From Armatimonadetes bacterium UBA5352 (lineage in GTDB: Bacteria; Armatimonadota; Zipacnadia; Zipacnadales; UBA5352), in contig DHPY01000042.1 in assembly GCA_002411015.1 (NCBI GenBank), positions 11,103 to 75,102 of the forward strand: a stretch of DNA of 64,000 nt, given 5' to 3'. The first letter of the stretch is position 1; each line of letters begins with the position of its first letter. Under the pieces are notes generated by a model that saw only the letters and a list, made by a program, of their open reading frames with translations, was not told where the DNA came from and did not search any database. Below are positions 46,901 through 55,476 of this stretch, in pieces. Both the position numbers and the translations under genes were made by a program.

Positions 46901-47490
46901 GCTTCCGTGCAGGCGAGGACGAGTTCGAGCTGAACGGGCACCGCTTTAAGATGCCTGCCGCGGCCGTGCGAGAGCGTGGGGAGTGGTTCATCCCCGACAG
47001 CGTCCTCGCCGCGGTGACGGGCCTCGACCTGTTGCGCGACAACGCCTCCGAGTGCGCGCAACTCAGCGAAGTCGATGCCGCTGCGCCGGCCGAGGTGCTG
47101 TGGGTCGAGGCGAACAGGGAGAACGACCCGCAGGCGCTGCGCATGATGGTGACCGACATCCCCGGCCGCCGGGAGTACTGGGCGGCTGAGGGGCAGGATG
47201 TGCAGCTTGACCTGACGCTCGCGCGCCCGATGCGGCTGGAGGGTGTCGGGATCCAGTGGCACCAGGGGAACGCCCGCCAGGCGAAGTTCGCGCTGGAGAC
47301 CAGCACAGACGGGACGACATGGCGAAAGGTCTTCGATGGCGCCAGCTCAGGCACGGTGGATGGTCTGGAGACCTACAGCTTCGAGCCGCAGGAGGTCGCC
47401 TTCGTGCGCCTCCACGGCTACGGGAACACGGCCAACGCGTGGAACTCGATCATCCACCTGCGCGTGATTCCGGCCGGGGCGAATCCCTGA
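43960..47490 (+). CDS. secreted heparinase II/III-like polysaccharide-lyase-like protein with C-terminal F5/8 type C (discoidin) domain
   Basis: AGGAGG 9 nt before the ATG at 43960. Signal peptide MLIERLVVGIGCLVLVSALAG. Motif GGYHFGNHQHSDAGSFQIYYRG..HSMMLVVD. C-terminal discoidin domain (..AFVRLHGYGNTANAWNSIIHLRV). Confidence 0.8.
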   Translation: MLIERLVVGIGCLVLVSALAGWQSEAAAAPGPITLEAEAAQINADRAEVVEQDTFASKQGVSLSAGVASTVGEPDTPPDLVFTVQTAEPGRYWIRTNAATDATGTEAMRVAAGKNDSLRLMLSIDGSRPTRRVVFVPWSQPGSCVQSTGKFDFTGEEQEIRIWLPEGVRLDYLQIAPYVPPAVPEAVATYEPTVVPPASRPRLWVNEESLPQVRANLELGENAAVWARVKALAEKPFEFSVPPNTEISYNGGLEQAAANRAFVYLMTDDRQRGREAVDLVSTYLAAVQFDNLLDITREIGRAIYSASLVYDWCYDLMTPEEREGIRANLMRLADDMEIGWPPFRQLVVNGHGNEAQVNRDLLSMSIAIYDEDPVPYRYCSYRMLEELAPMRAFEYQSPRHNQGISYGPYRFSWDMHAATLFQRMTGRPVFDENIGDVYKFWLYMRLPIGQMLRDGDGFSDGQQVNLGLTPLLVYAYTGDPIVKGDFQRQGGTASDSLMFLLLNDPNLIAEESLESLPLTLDFGPVLGSMVARTGWNMGANTSDVVVEMKGGGYHFGNHQHSDAGSFQIYYRGLQATDLGQYHFYGTPYDNNFCKRSISHSMMLVVDPEEKFPGTTSNDGGSRYNRGCPITPEQAINEPAFAHGTKVSASFGPNEQRPFFSYFSVDLTSAYSEKISEYVRTFCFLNLGNEQTPAALIVLDNVTAVNPEFRKYWQINTLNPPEQTADGVILRNSALGLDGRVDVRMLRPEPQERTMQILQGEVDAHNVFGEQFTPPRPEKPEGHGTRVMFSPETPRATDVFLTVMPMSDESAPELPVELAETPTTFALTLADRVVVLSKTGRLLDGAFRVSIPTGGRYQLLLASLAPGNWSISSADGATEFNAEVEAQKNTAFFVVPGGDFTVRPESRPGAAEFQAPTDLMPPIAPSLANRVFLNGSLIGVPPTKSAERGLLLPATSILQALGTKAVEADGALRVTSGDRIARFRAGEDEFELNGHRFKMPAAAVRERGEWFIPDSVLAAVTGLDLLRDNASECAQLSEVDAAAPAEVLWVEANRENDPQALRMMVTDIPGRREYWAAEGQDVQLDLTLARPMRLEGVGIQWHQGNARQAKFALETSTDGTTWRKVFDGASSGTVDGLETYSFEPQEVAFVRLHGYGNTANAWNSIIHLRVIPAGANP

Positions 47491-47513
47491 TCATACCGCG
47501 ATGAGGTGACGGC

Positions 47514-49832
47514 ATGTTCCGGTTCATGAGGGCGTATGCGCTTGCACCGCTCGGGCTCGTGATCTGCGCGAGCATCGTGCATGGTCAGGAGCGTTTCACC
47601 AACCACGGCATCGCTGCCGAGGTTGCCGAACTGCGCTCGATGGTCCCGGCGGTGCCCCCCGATGGGCGGACGCTGCTCATTGCATCGCCCACCGACTGCG
47701 GGCCGGTCGGCTATCTCCTCGTCACCGACATGGCCACGGGTGAGACCACGCAGTACTTCTGCCCGGATGATGTGCCGCAGTCGGACCCGTTCGGGGCGCT
47801 GCTGCACAGCAACGGGAAGTACTACCACACGCAGGGCCCGATCCTGCTGGAGTTCGATCCGGCGCTGGGTGAGTTCACCTTCCACGGGCGCCCGTCGCGG
47901 CAGACCAACCCCTACCTGTGCTTCACCGAGGGTCTTGACGGCACCGTCTGGGCCGGCGGCGTCTACAACACCGGCCTGATCTCCTACGACCCGCAGACAC
48001 AGGAGATGGCCGATCACGGCCGCATGGATGAGGCCGAGCAGTACCTCTCCTACCTCGCCACGGACGACGCCGGCTGGATCTACTGCGGCATCGGCACCGC
48101 GCGCAGCAACATCGTCGCGTTCCACCCGGAATCGGGCGAGCGTCGGTCGCTGATCGCCGAGGACCTGCGCGCGGTCGGCACCGGCTACGTCGAGCCCCTC
48201 GCCGACGGCACCGTCTACGGCCGCGTGGATCAGCACCACTATCATCTGCATGACGGGGTCGCGATGTCGATTGACAGCCGCGACGCGCTCGGGCCCGCCC
48301 GCAACGTGGTGAGCCTGCACTACGGCAACCGCCTCGGGGACCTCCCGGATGGCCGGCAGGTGCGGGCCTATGACCTGTCCGAGCGTGTCATTACCGTGCA
48401 GGATCCACGCACCGGTGAGACTGAGCGATACCCATTCGACTACCAGAGTGGCGGAGCGGACATCACGAGTCTCGGTCTCGGCCCGGGCGGCGTCGTCTAC
48501 GGCTCTACCAGCCATCCAATGCACTTCTTCGCACTGGACACGGGCCGCGGCGATCTGCGCGACTACGGGGCAATCCCGCAAGTCGGCGGCGGCAACTTCT
48601 GCGCGATAGCAAGCGCCGGCGACCAGGTGTTTGGTGTGCAGTACGCAGCCGGTCAGCTCTGGGCGTACGACGCCACGAAGCCCTGGAACCCGTCTGTCCA
48701 GCGGCAGGTGTCGGGCCTGCAGGCGGAGGAACTCAACGCCATCGGCGCAGTCGCGGGAGGTCACCTGTCATACCTCTCGGGCCATGACGTGGTCTTCATC
48801 TTCGGCGATGACTTCGATGCCGAGGCGCAGTTCCCGCTGCAGGTGGAGGAGCCGGGAGAGTACTACCTGCACATCCAGCCCTTCCTGCACGAGCCCTACA
48901 CGCGGGTGCAGTTCCTCTTCGATGGCAAGGCGCTGGGGGAGCCGTTCGATCCATCAAACCCGGAGACGCGCCCGGGGCCGCTGCAGGTCTTCGGACCGCT
49001 CGCGCTTGAGGCCGGGGAGCATCGCCTGCACGTGCGGCTGCTTGAGACAGAGGGGCGCGAGCCATGGTTCAGCCTGGTCTCGCTGGACCTCTCGCGCGAG
49101 CGTAAGGAGACGTTGCTGAGCGGCCCCGCGGAGCAGAATCCGCGCGTGCTGGCACAGTGGAAGGATGACATCACGCGCCCGCGCACGGCCCTCGTGCATC
49201 CTGACGGGGTGCATGTGCTGATGGCCGGGTTCGCCGGGTACGGCCGGGTTGGCGGTGGCATCGGCATCTTCAACCTGGAGACTGAGGAGGCCACGCTGCT
49301 CACCGCCGCGGATGACCTGCTGCTCGGCCACAGCTGCATCACGCTCAAGGCGCTTCCGAGCGGCGACCTCGTCGGCGGCACCTCGGTCGCAGCTCCCGGT
49401 GGCGGCCATACGACTGCAACCGAGGCTGAGCTGTTCATCCTCGACTGGAAGACTCGGGAGGTCGTCTTCCGGACGGTGCCCGTCCCCGGCGACGGCAACA
49501 TCGTCAGCATCGCGGTCGGCGATGACGGGCTTGTCTACGGCCTGTCGGGTAAGGGAACGTTCTTCGTCTTCGATCCGGTTGAGAAGCGCGTCGTCCACTC
49601 CGAGAGCCTCCAATTCGGCGGCGTTCCGCGCCACGCGTTGCAGTGGGGCGCCGACGGCTATCTCTACGCTATCCTGGGTGGCGCGATCGTGCGCATCACG
49701 CCCGGGACCTTCGAGCACCAGAAGCTCGATGACACGCCCTCCCCCGCCACCGCGGGCGGTGCGCGCGTGGGTGACAGGCTCTTCTACGCATCAGGGCCGC
49801 TGGTCTGGAGCTACGCGATCCCCCGGCCATAG
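47514..49832 (+). CDS. secreted beta-propeller repeat protein (paralog of 4510..6438) carrying an inserted ~90-aa beta-sandwich module
   Basis: GAGGTG 6 nt before the ATG. Signal peptide. Propeller blades as in 4510..6438. Residues ~440-527 (48831..49095) align with a module in the lyase-like protein 222..4307 (..AGEHRLHVRLLETEGREPWFSLVSL.. versus ..AGEHTLGVTTVRADAGEPWISLQSI..). Confidence 0.7.
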   Translation: MFRFMRAYALAPLGLVICASIVHGQERFTNHGIAAEVAELRSMVPAVPPDGRTLLIASPTDCGPVGYLLVTDMATGETTQYFCPDDVPQSDPFGALLHSNGKYYHTQGPILLEFDPALGEFTFHGRPSRQTNPYLCFTEGLDGTVWAGGVYNTGLISYDPQTQEMADHGRMDEAEQYLSYLATDDAGWIYCGIGTARSNIVAFHPESGERRSLIAEDLRAVGTGYVEPLADGTVYGRVDQHHYHLHDGVAMSIDSRDALGPARNVVSLHYGNRLGDLPDGRQVRAYDLSERVITVQDPRTGETERYPFDYQSGGADITSLGLGPGGVVYGSTSHPMHFFALDTGRGDLRDYGAIPQVGGGNFCAIASAGDQVFGVQYAAGQLWAYDATKPWNPSVQRQVSGLQAEELNAIGAVAGGHLSYLSGHDVVFIFGDDFDAEAQFPLQVEEPGEYYLHIQPFLHEPYTRVQFLFDGKALGEPFDPSNPETRPGPLQVFGPLALEAGEHRLHVRLLETEGREPWFSLVSLDLSRERKETLLSGPAEQNPRVLAQWKDDITRPRTALVHPDGVHVLMAGFAGYGRVGGGIGIFNLETEEATLLTAADDLLLGHSCITLKALPSGDLVGGTSVAAPGGGHTTATEAELFILDWKTREVVFRTVPVPGDGNIVSIAVGDDGLVYGLSGKGTFFVFDPVEKRVVHSESLQFGGVPRHALQWGADGYLYAILGGAIVRITPGTFEHQKLDDTPSPATAGGARVGDRLFYASGPLVWSYAIPRP

Positions 49833-50005
49833 GCGGGCCGTGGCCACGCCCAGCGTGCGCCGGCGACGGAAGCGGCAGGTCGCGCCGCGGATGAAGGCTC
49901 CGGCCGGTCGCAGCGTTGCATCGCGCGACCCAGGTGGCGACGGGCGACGTCGCGCCGTCCGCGAACCGAGGGCGGATGGCATGAGGAAGATCCGATGGCC
50001 GTCGC

Positions 50006-51280
50006 TCAATGCGTCGAGCACGAGATGCACGGATCGTACGCTCGCACAAGCATTTCGAGGAGATGCTGGATGCGGTCGGGGCTCATGTCCATGATCCGTG
50101 GCGTGAACTCCTGCATGTCACGGTTCAGATTCGCCTGGGTCTGCGCGGTCGGGATGATGTGGTTCGCCGAGACGCACTTGCCCGCGCTGTCATACTCGTA
50201 CTCGTGAATGAGCAGCCCGCGCGGCGCCTCCACCGCGCCCACGCCCAGCCCCGTCTTCGCCTCCACCTCCGCCTGCTGCTGCCCCCGGTCGGTCCCACGG
50301 GAGACCAGTTCGTCAGTCAGTTCGATTGCATCCTCAACACAGTGGATGCACTCGATCAGTTGCGCTACGGTCATCGCGAAGGGATTGTGCACAGGCGGCT
50401 CCATGCCCAGGCGCTGCGCCGCCGCCTGCGCGGGTGGGTGGAGTTGCTCGTAGTTGTTGTTGAAGCGCGCCAGTGCCCCGACGAGGTACTCGTCGCGGTT
50501 CCACCGCGCCCACTTCGCGGTGGAGTGCTCCACTACGCGCTCGCCAATGGCGTCTCTGTACTCAGCGACAGGGATGCGGGGCCCATCGCTGGAGACGATC
50601 TCGCCCGAGTAGAAGGCGTAGCGATCTGGATGTGTCAGCGATACGTACTCGGTCTCGCGCTCGAAAGTGGGCAGTTCGACCGAGGCGAAGAGCTCCACGG
50701 TCGCCTCAAGATCATCGAGGATGTTCGCGAGGCGCTCGCGCATTCCGAGCGTCCTTGCCGGGTCCAGGAGGAAGCTGAAGCCGCCGACGGTCATCGCGAC
50801 CGGGTGGGTGTGGCGCCCGGCGACCAGCGCGGCCAGATCGTAGCCGATCTGCTTCAGGCGCATGGCGCGGCGCACGATGTCAGGCTGACTGCTGATCAGC
50901 GGCATGACGCTCGGGAGACCGAGCAGATCCGGGGCGGCGAGGAAGTAGATGTGCAGGAGATGGCTGGACAGAACCTCGCCATGGAAGGCGAGGCGGCGCA
51001 GCAGGTCAGTCTGCGGCGAGATCTCCACGCCAAGCGCGGCCTCGGTAGCCTGCAGGGCCGCGCACCTGTGGCTCACGGCGCAAATGCCACAGATGCGTGA
51101 GGCGATGTGGACGACATCTGAGTAGCACTGGCCGCGCATGATCGCCTCGAAGAAGCGGGGGGCTTCGACCACCGAGAAGCGGACCTCCTTGAGCAGCCCA
51201 TTCTCGATGCGCGCGATCACATCGCCGTGGCCCTCTACCCGCGTGATATGATGCACATGAATGGCGGCGTCAGTCGTCAT
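50006..51280 (-). CDS. hydA: [NiFe]-hydrogenase large (alpha) subunit, group 3b sulfhydrogenase-type
   Basis: N-terminal ITRVEGHG (L1) with RICGICAVSH and C-terminal DPCISCSTH nickel-binding cysteines. AAGGAGG 9 nt before the ATG. Last gene of a beta-gamma-delta-alpha operon. Confidence 0.9.
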   Translation of the reverse strand: MTTDAAIHVHHITRVEGHGDVIARIENGLLKEVRFSVVEAPRFFEAIMRGQCYSDVVHIASRICGICAVSHRCAALQATEAALGVEISPQTDLLRRLAFHGEVLSSHLLHIYFLAAPDLLGLPSVMPLISSQPDIVRRAMRLKQIGYDLAALVAGRHTHPVAMTVGGFSFLLDPARTLGMRERLANILDDLEATVELFASVELPTFERETEYVSLTHPDRYAFYSGEIVSSDGPRIPVAEYRDAIGERVVEHSTAKWARWNRDEYLVGALARFNNNYEQLHPPAQAAAQRLGMEPPVHNPFAMTVAQLIECIHCVEDAIELTDELVSRGTDRGQQQAEVEAKTGLGVGAVEAPRGLLIHEYEYDSAGKCVSANHIIPTAQTQANLNRDMQEFTPRIMDMSPDRIQHLLEMLVRAYDPCISCSTH

Positions 51281-52103
51281 CAGGCTGCGCCTCCTTCAGG
51301 TCGAACTCCGGCCAGTTGTTGTAGATGCGCAGTTTCGCCGCGATCTCGTCGTCCGAAAGCTCATGCCGCTGCACGACCGCGCACATAATTGCATGCGCCT
51401 GCTCGCGCTTGAGGGCTTTGAGCATGGCGGGGATGTTCGCCGCATCCATCAGCCCTCGGCAGCCCTGACAGGGGTCGCCGTAGGCGGTGCAGATGGCGTT
51501 GCAGCCGCAGCGCGTGACCGGCCCGAGGCAGACCTTGCCCATCTCATAGACGCAGACGTAGTCGTTGAGCTTGCATTCAACGCAGACCGGCTGGTTGGGC
51601 GGCTGATGAGACTGGCCGGTGAGCATGGCGTTGACCACCGTCATGAACTCGGGCAGCGATACGGGGCAGCCGAAGACCCGGTAGTCGGCATCCACGACTG
51701 CCGTGACGGGCCGCGATGGAATGGTTGATATCGTGTCTGCGGCATCTCCGTAGACGACCCGACGCACCTCATCCATCGACCATTGGTTCTTCAGCTCGTT
51801 ATGACAGCCGCCAGAAGCGCAGCTTCCCAGCGTCACCAGCACGTCCGCCTGCTCCCGGATCCGCTTGATTCGCTCAACATCCTCCTCCGTGGTCACCGAA
51901 CCCTCGCAGAACGCGATGTCGTACTCCGTGGATTGCTCCGTCATCGCCTCCCGCCACGTCACCACGTCCACGTGGCCGAGGATCTCCAGCAACCTCTCCT
52001 CGAGCTGCAGGACTGAGAGCTGGCAGCCTTCACAGCACGCGAAGTCGAAGAACGCAACCTGCGGCTTGTGGCCGAAGCGTGGGATCGGCTCCTCGCGTGA
52101 CAT
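51270..52103 (-). CDS. hydD: [NiFe]-hydrogenase small (delta) subunit, group 3b-type
   Basis: FDFACCEGCQLSVL proximal Fe-S cluster motif of NuoB-like small subunits, plus further Cys clusters. GGGAGG 7 nt before the ATG at 52103. Confidence 0.85.
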   Translation of the reverse strand: MSREEPIPRFGHKPQVAFFDFACCEGCQLSVLQLEERLLEILGHVDVVTWREAMTEQSTEYDIAFCEGSVTTEEDVERIKRIREQADVLVTLGSCASGGCHNELKNQWSMDEVRRVVYGDAADTISTIPSRPVTAVVDADYRVFGCPVSLPEFMTVVNAMLTGQSHQPPNQPVCVECKLNDYVCVYEMGKVCLGPVTRCGCNAICTAYGDPCQGCRGLMDAANIPAMLKALKREQAHAIMCAVVQRHELSDDEIAAKLRIYNNWPEFDLKEAQPDDD

Positions 52104-52159
52104 ATTGTTGCCTCCCATCGGCGCAATCGATCAGTCGCACAGATGCGACGCGCCTGCTG

Positions 52160-53047
52160 CTACTTCCGCTCATCCTCGGGCGCCCAGACCTCGATTGCTT
52201 CGGAGCGGCCGAGGAGCTGGCTGTAGCGGAAGACCGGCCCGTCCTGGCAGACGTACAGGTCGTTGAGCTGACAGTGGCCGCACTTGCCCATGCCGCACTT
52301 GAACCGCCGTTCGAGCGAGAAGAGGATGTCCTCGGCAACCATCCCCTTCTCAAGCAACTCCGCGGCCACAAAACGGTACATGACCGGTGGCCCGACGACG
52401 GCGGCGGTCGTGCGGCCCGGGTCAATCTCCACCTCGTCACGCAGCGGGATCGTCACCACCCCCGTGCGCCCGGTCCAGTCCGCGTCTGCCTCATCTACCG
52501 TGTAGCGCGTCTCGAAATCGTCGCGCGCGTCCCAGACCGCGAGGTCATCCTTGAACAGACGCTCCCCGGGCTTGCGCGCGCCATAGACAAGGATCATGCG
52601 GCCAAACTCGGAGCGGCGGTCTGCGACGTAGTTGATGAGCGACCGCAGTGGGGCCAGCCCGATGCCGCCGGCGATGCAGAGGATGTCCCGGCCCCGCATA
52701 TCGTTCACGGGGAAGCCATGGCCGTACGGCCCGCGGACACCCACGAAATCGCCCGGGCGCAGGTGGTGCATGGCCTGCGACAGGTTCCCGACCGCCGCAA
52801 CGCAGATCTCGAAGCTCTCGGTGCGCGTCGGTGAGGAGCAGAACGAGATCGGCGCCTCGCCGTAGCCCGGCAGGGATATCTGGAGGAACTGGCCCGGGCC
52901 GTGGTCAAGGGTCTCCGCGGAGTTGAGCTGGAGGCGCAGCAGCACCATCATCTCCGACAGGCGCTGCTTCGCAATGACCCGAGCGAGTTCGGGTCGATAG
53001 AATCGCGTGATGTCCTCAGTGACAGGGAGTTCGTCGGCGGCTCTCAT
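52160..53047 (-). CDS. hydG: sulfhydrogenase gamma subunit (FAD/NAD(P)-binding ferredoxin-reductase-like, 2Fe-2S)
   Basis: FNR-like fold (GPGQFLQISLPGYGEAPISF, ILCIAGGIGLAPL) and C-terminal CGMGKCGHC cluster motif. ATG 2 nt after the hydB stop. Confidence 0.85.
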   Translation of the reverse strand: MRAADELPVTEDITRFYRPELARVIAKQRLSEMMVLLRLQLNSAETLDHGPGQFLQISLPGYGEAPISFCSSPTRTESFEICVAAVGNLSQAMHHLRPGDFVGVRGPYGHGFPVNDMRGRDILCIAGGIGLAPLRSLINYVADRRSEFGRMILVYGARKPGERLFKDDLAVWDARDDFETRYTVDEADADWTGRTGVVTIPLRDEVEIDPGRTTAAVVGPPVMYRFVAAELLEKGMVAEDILFSLERRFKCGMGKCGHCQLNDLYVCQDGPVFRYSQLLGRSEAIEVWAPEDERK

Positions 53048-53049
53048 GG

Positions 53050-54075
53050 CTACGCCCTCCCGCGTGCGCGGCCGATGATCTCGTTGCTCACATCAACTAT
53101 GTTGATGTCGGCCGTGCAGGCGCGGGAGCAGCGCCCGCAGCCGGTGCAGTAGGGGCGGCCGAAATCGCGGTACAGATAGAGGAACTTGCGGTGCCACCGG
53201 TGCCGGACACGCTGCCAGCGAATGCGGCGGAAGTTGTGCCCGCCCGCCACGAGTGCGAACTCCTGGAGCTGGCATGAGTCCCATGAGCGGATGCGCCGGC
53301 CGCCGGTGAGGCCGAGATCGAACTCGTCTTTGATGTCGAAGCAGAAGCAGGTCGGGCAGGTGGTGTTGCAGGAGCCGCATGAGTAGCAGCGGGAGGCAAC
53401 CTCGCGCCAGAGCTCGCCGAAATCGTCCTCCTCGAGGATATCGGCGAACTCGGCCGGCGAGGCATCGATGGAGGCGGTCATCCGCTCCGACTTGGCGCGC
53501 CGGAATGCCGCCGCTTGCTCGCGATCGGCATCAGTGGCGTCCTCGACATCCGACAGCCGCAACATCCCGCCACCGGCCTCAGTCAGCACCTCGACGAGGT
53601 AGCCTCTCCCGATCGGTGTGAGGAACAGGTCGGCTCCTTCGCGACCATAGCAGGTGCCGAAGCCGAAGCAGAAGCAGTACTCGTCGGGGAGGCAATCCAC
53701 GCCGATCACCCGCGCGCGCGCACGTGCCGCGGGCCAGCAGGCTTCGGCAGGCTCCTGGGCGTAGGCATCATCGAGCATCTCCAGCGCAGCGAGATCGCAT
53801 GGATGAACGCCCACGAGCGTGAAGGCGGTCGCCTCCTGCACCGCGGTGATCGTCGGCGGCTGGCTCGACTCGAACTCGAAGAGCGGCTGGCGCGGCGGGA
53901 AGAAGGCCTTTTTCGGCGGGATCGTCGTCGTGGTGTACTTGAGCCTGAGCTGTCCGGCGGAGTCCAGCCAGTCGAACATGACGAAGCCGGGCTGGCTGAT
54001 GCGTTCGCGCGGCCCCATGACCGGGCCTTCCTCAATGAGCCGGCCGAAGAAGCTCTGCGCTCCCTCGCGGGTCAT
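53050..54075 (-). CDS. hydB: sulfhydrogenase beta subunit (Fe-S protein)
   Basis: IPPKKAFFPPRQPLFEF matches the conserved N-region of HydB-type subunits. Two ferredoxin-like Cys clusters (CYSCGSCNTTCPTCFC, CTGCGRCSRACTADI). Start trimmed to MTREGAQSFF at 54075 with GGGAG upstream. Confidence 0.85.
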   Translation of the reverse strand: MTREGAQSFFGRLIEEGPVMGPRERISQPGFVMFDWLDSAGQLRLKYTTTTIPPKKAFFPPRQPLFEFESSQPPTITAVQEATAFTLVGVHPCDLAALEMLDDAYAQEPAEACWPAARARARVIGVDCLPDEYCFCFGFGTCYGREGADLFLTPIGRGYLVEVLTEAGGGMLRLSDVEDATDADREQAAAFRRAKSERMTASIDASPAEFADILEEDDFGELWREVASRCYSCGSCNTTCPTCFCFDIKDEFDLGLTGGRRIRSWDSCQLQEFALVAGGHNFRRIRWQRVRHRWHRKFLYLYRDFGRPYCTGCGRCSRACTADINIVDVSNEIIGRARGRA

Positions 54076-54131
54076 CACCAGCTCCCGCCCCATCTCACCC
54101 ACCTCCACCCGTCCGCGTTCCCCTGACCCTC

Positions 54132-54626
54132 TCAGTCATCCTGGTACTGAAGCGCGTCCTTGAGTTGGAGCAGGCGCCGGATATGCCGGTGCTCCTCGGC
54201 GATGATCTCCTCCACGACATCCTGCTCCGAGCTGCGCACGATCTGCTTGATGCCTGAGTAGAAGGCAATCGCGCTCTGCTCGAGCTCGATCGCCATCTCC
54301 ACGGCTTCGAGTTCGTCTCTGACGGCCTCGGCGCTGCATGTCGCCTCATCGATGGTTGAGAACACGCGCGTCTTCGTGAAGCCGCGCAGGTAGCTGAGGG
54401 TCTCTCCGGGGTAGCTTTCTGGGACGGTGTACTCAGCGAGGTCCTGCTTCATCCGTGCGAATAGCTCGATATGGCGGCGCTCCTGGTCGGCCGCATACTC
54501 GAATACCTCCGACACGGCCTCACTTGCCCTCGCGGCAATACAGCCGGTGTAGAATGCGAGGCCCTGGCGCTCGATGTCGATCGCCATGTCCAGCACTTCG
54601 GCTGCCTGGAAAAGCGGCTTGCTCAT
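54132..54626 (-). CDS. rubrerythrin-like ferritin-fold diiron protein (no rubredoxin domain)
   Basis: Two E..H-containing helix pairs (EVFEYAADQERRHIELF and EIIAEEHRHIRRL). GGAGG upstream of the ATG at 54626. 56 nt upstream of hydB on the same strand. Confidence 0.75.
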   Translation of the reverse strand: MSKPLFQAAEVLDMAIDIERQGLAFYTGCIAARASEAVSEVFEYAADQERRHIELFARMKQDLAEYTVPESYPGETLSYLRGFTKTRVFSTIDEATCSAEAVRDELEAVEMAIELEQSAIAFYSGIKQIVRSSEQDVVEEIIAEEHRHIRRLLQLKDALQYQDD

Positions 54627-54812
54627 CTTCGCCCTCCTCACACCACCGCATGAACTTCGCCACTTCCGGCAAGGGGAAGATACTCGTTGTCTCAAGGACC
54701 TTCGCCGGACGCGTCGAGGCTCCTGCCAGGGATCTTCATCCTCTGTGGCACGCTGAACGGCAGGGCCTGTGGGCTCGGGCGGCCACCGGGCAGTTGCCCG
54801 GCTAACCGCCCC

Positions 54813-55358
54813 TCAGTGCTCGCCCAACTGGTGTGCCAGCTCGTGGTACCTCTCGTGCGTCCCCTCACCCATCTCGTCCGCCTCCACCCGGTCAAAGGCC
54901 GCACCCAGTTCGGTCTGATCCTCAGGCGTGAGGACCCGCTCGGCCATCATGAACAGCACATCGTTCTCCTTTGCGATGTGGCTTCGAAGCAGGCTGACGT
55001 AAGCGAGCAGGGCCTCGCTGGCGATGTCCATCGCCTCAGTGTCGCCGGCCCTCGCCTCCGGAGCGGCACCGGCTACGCTTCGGATGAACGCCCGTCCCTG
55101 CTCGTGCTCCTGCAGCATCACGCCGATGGGGCCACCTGCACCCGGGATGCCGCGTTCCTCGAGCCGCGGGAACAGGTGCCGCTCCTCCTTGCCGTGATGG
55201 CAGCGATCGGCGAAGTTGCGGACGAAGTCCACGATGGTGTCGAGCCAGTCCGGGTCGTCAAGAAGCGTCGCCCGGAGCGATCCCGCGCCCCTCTCGATCC
55301 CATTCAGGACCAGCAGGATGATCTCGTGCTCGTGCCTCAAAGTCGAGGTCGGTCCCAT
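54813..55358 (-). CDS. hemerythrin-like metal-binding domain protein
   Basis: LRHEHEIIL..HHGKEERHLFP..H..E pattern of the hemerythrin HHE cation-binding domain. ATG at 55358 with GGAG 9 nt upstream. Confidence 0.75.
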   Translation of the reverse strand: MGPTSTLRHEHEIILLVLNGIERGAGSLRATLLDDPDWLDTIVDFVRNFADRCHHGKEERHLFPRLEERGIPGAGGPIGVMLQEHEQGRAFIRSVAGAAPEARAGDTEAMDIASEALLAYVSLLRSHIAKENDVLFMMAERVLTPEDQTELGAAFDRVEADEMGEGTHERYHELAHQLGEH

Positions 55359-55476
55359 GGAAAGCCGCTCCAATCAATCCGCGCCAGTTGCCTCACCTGA
55401 ACCCGATCGGCCCATACCGGACCGATCTGCTCCACAACAGCCTTCTGCGCGGCAGGTTTGACTCCTCTGGCAGGTG

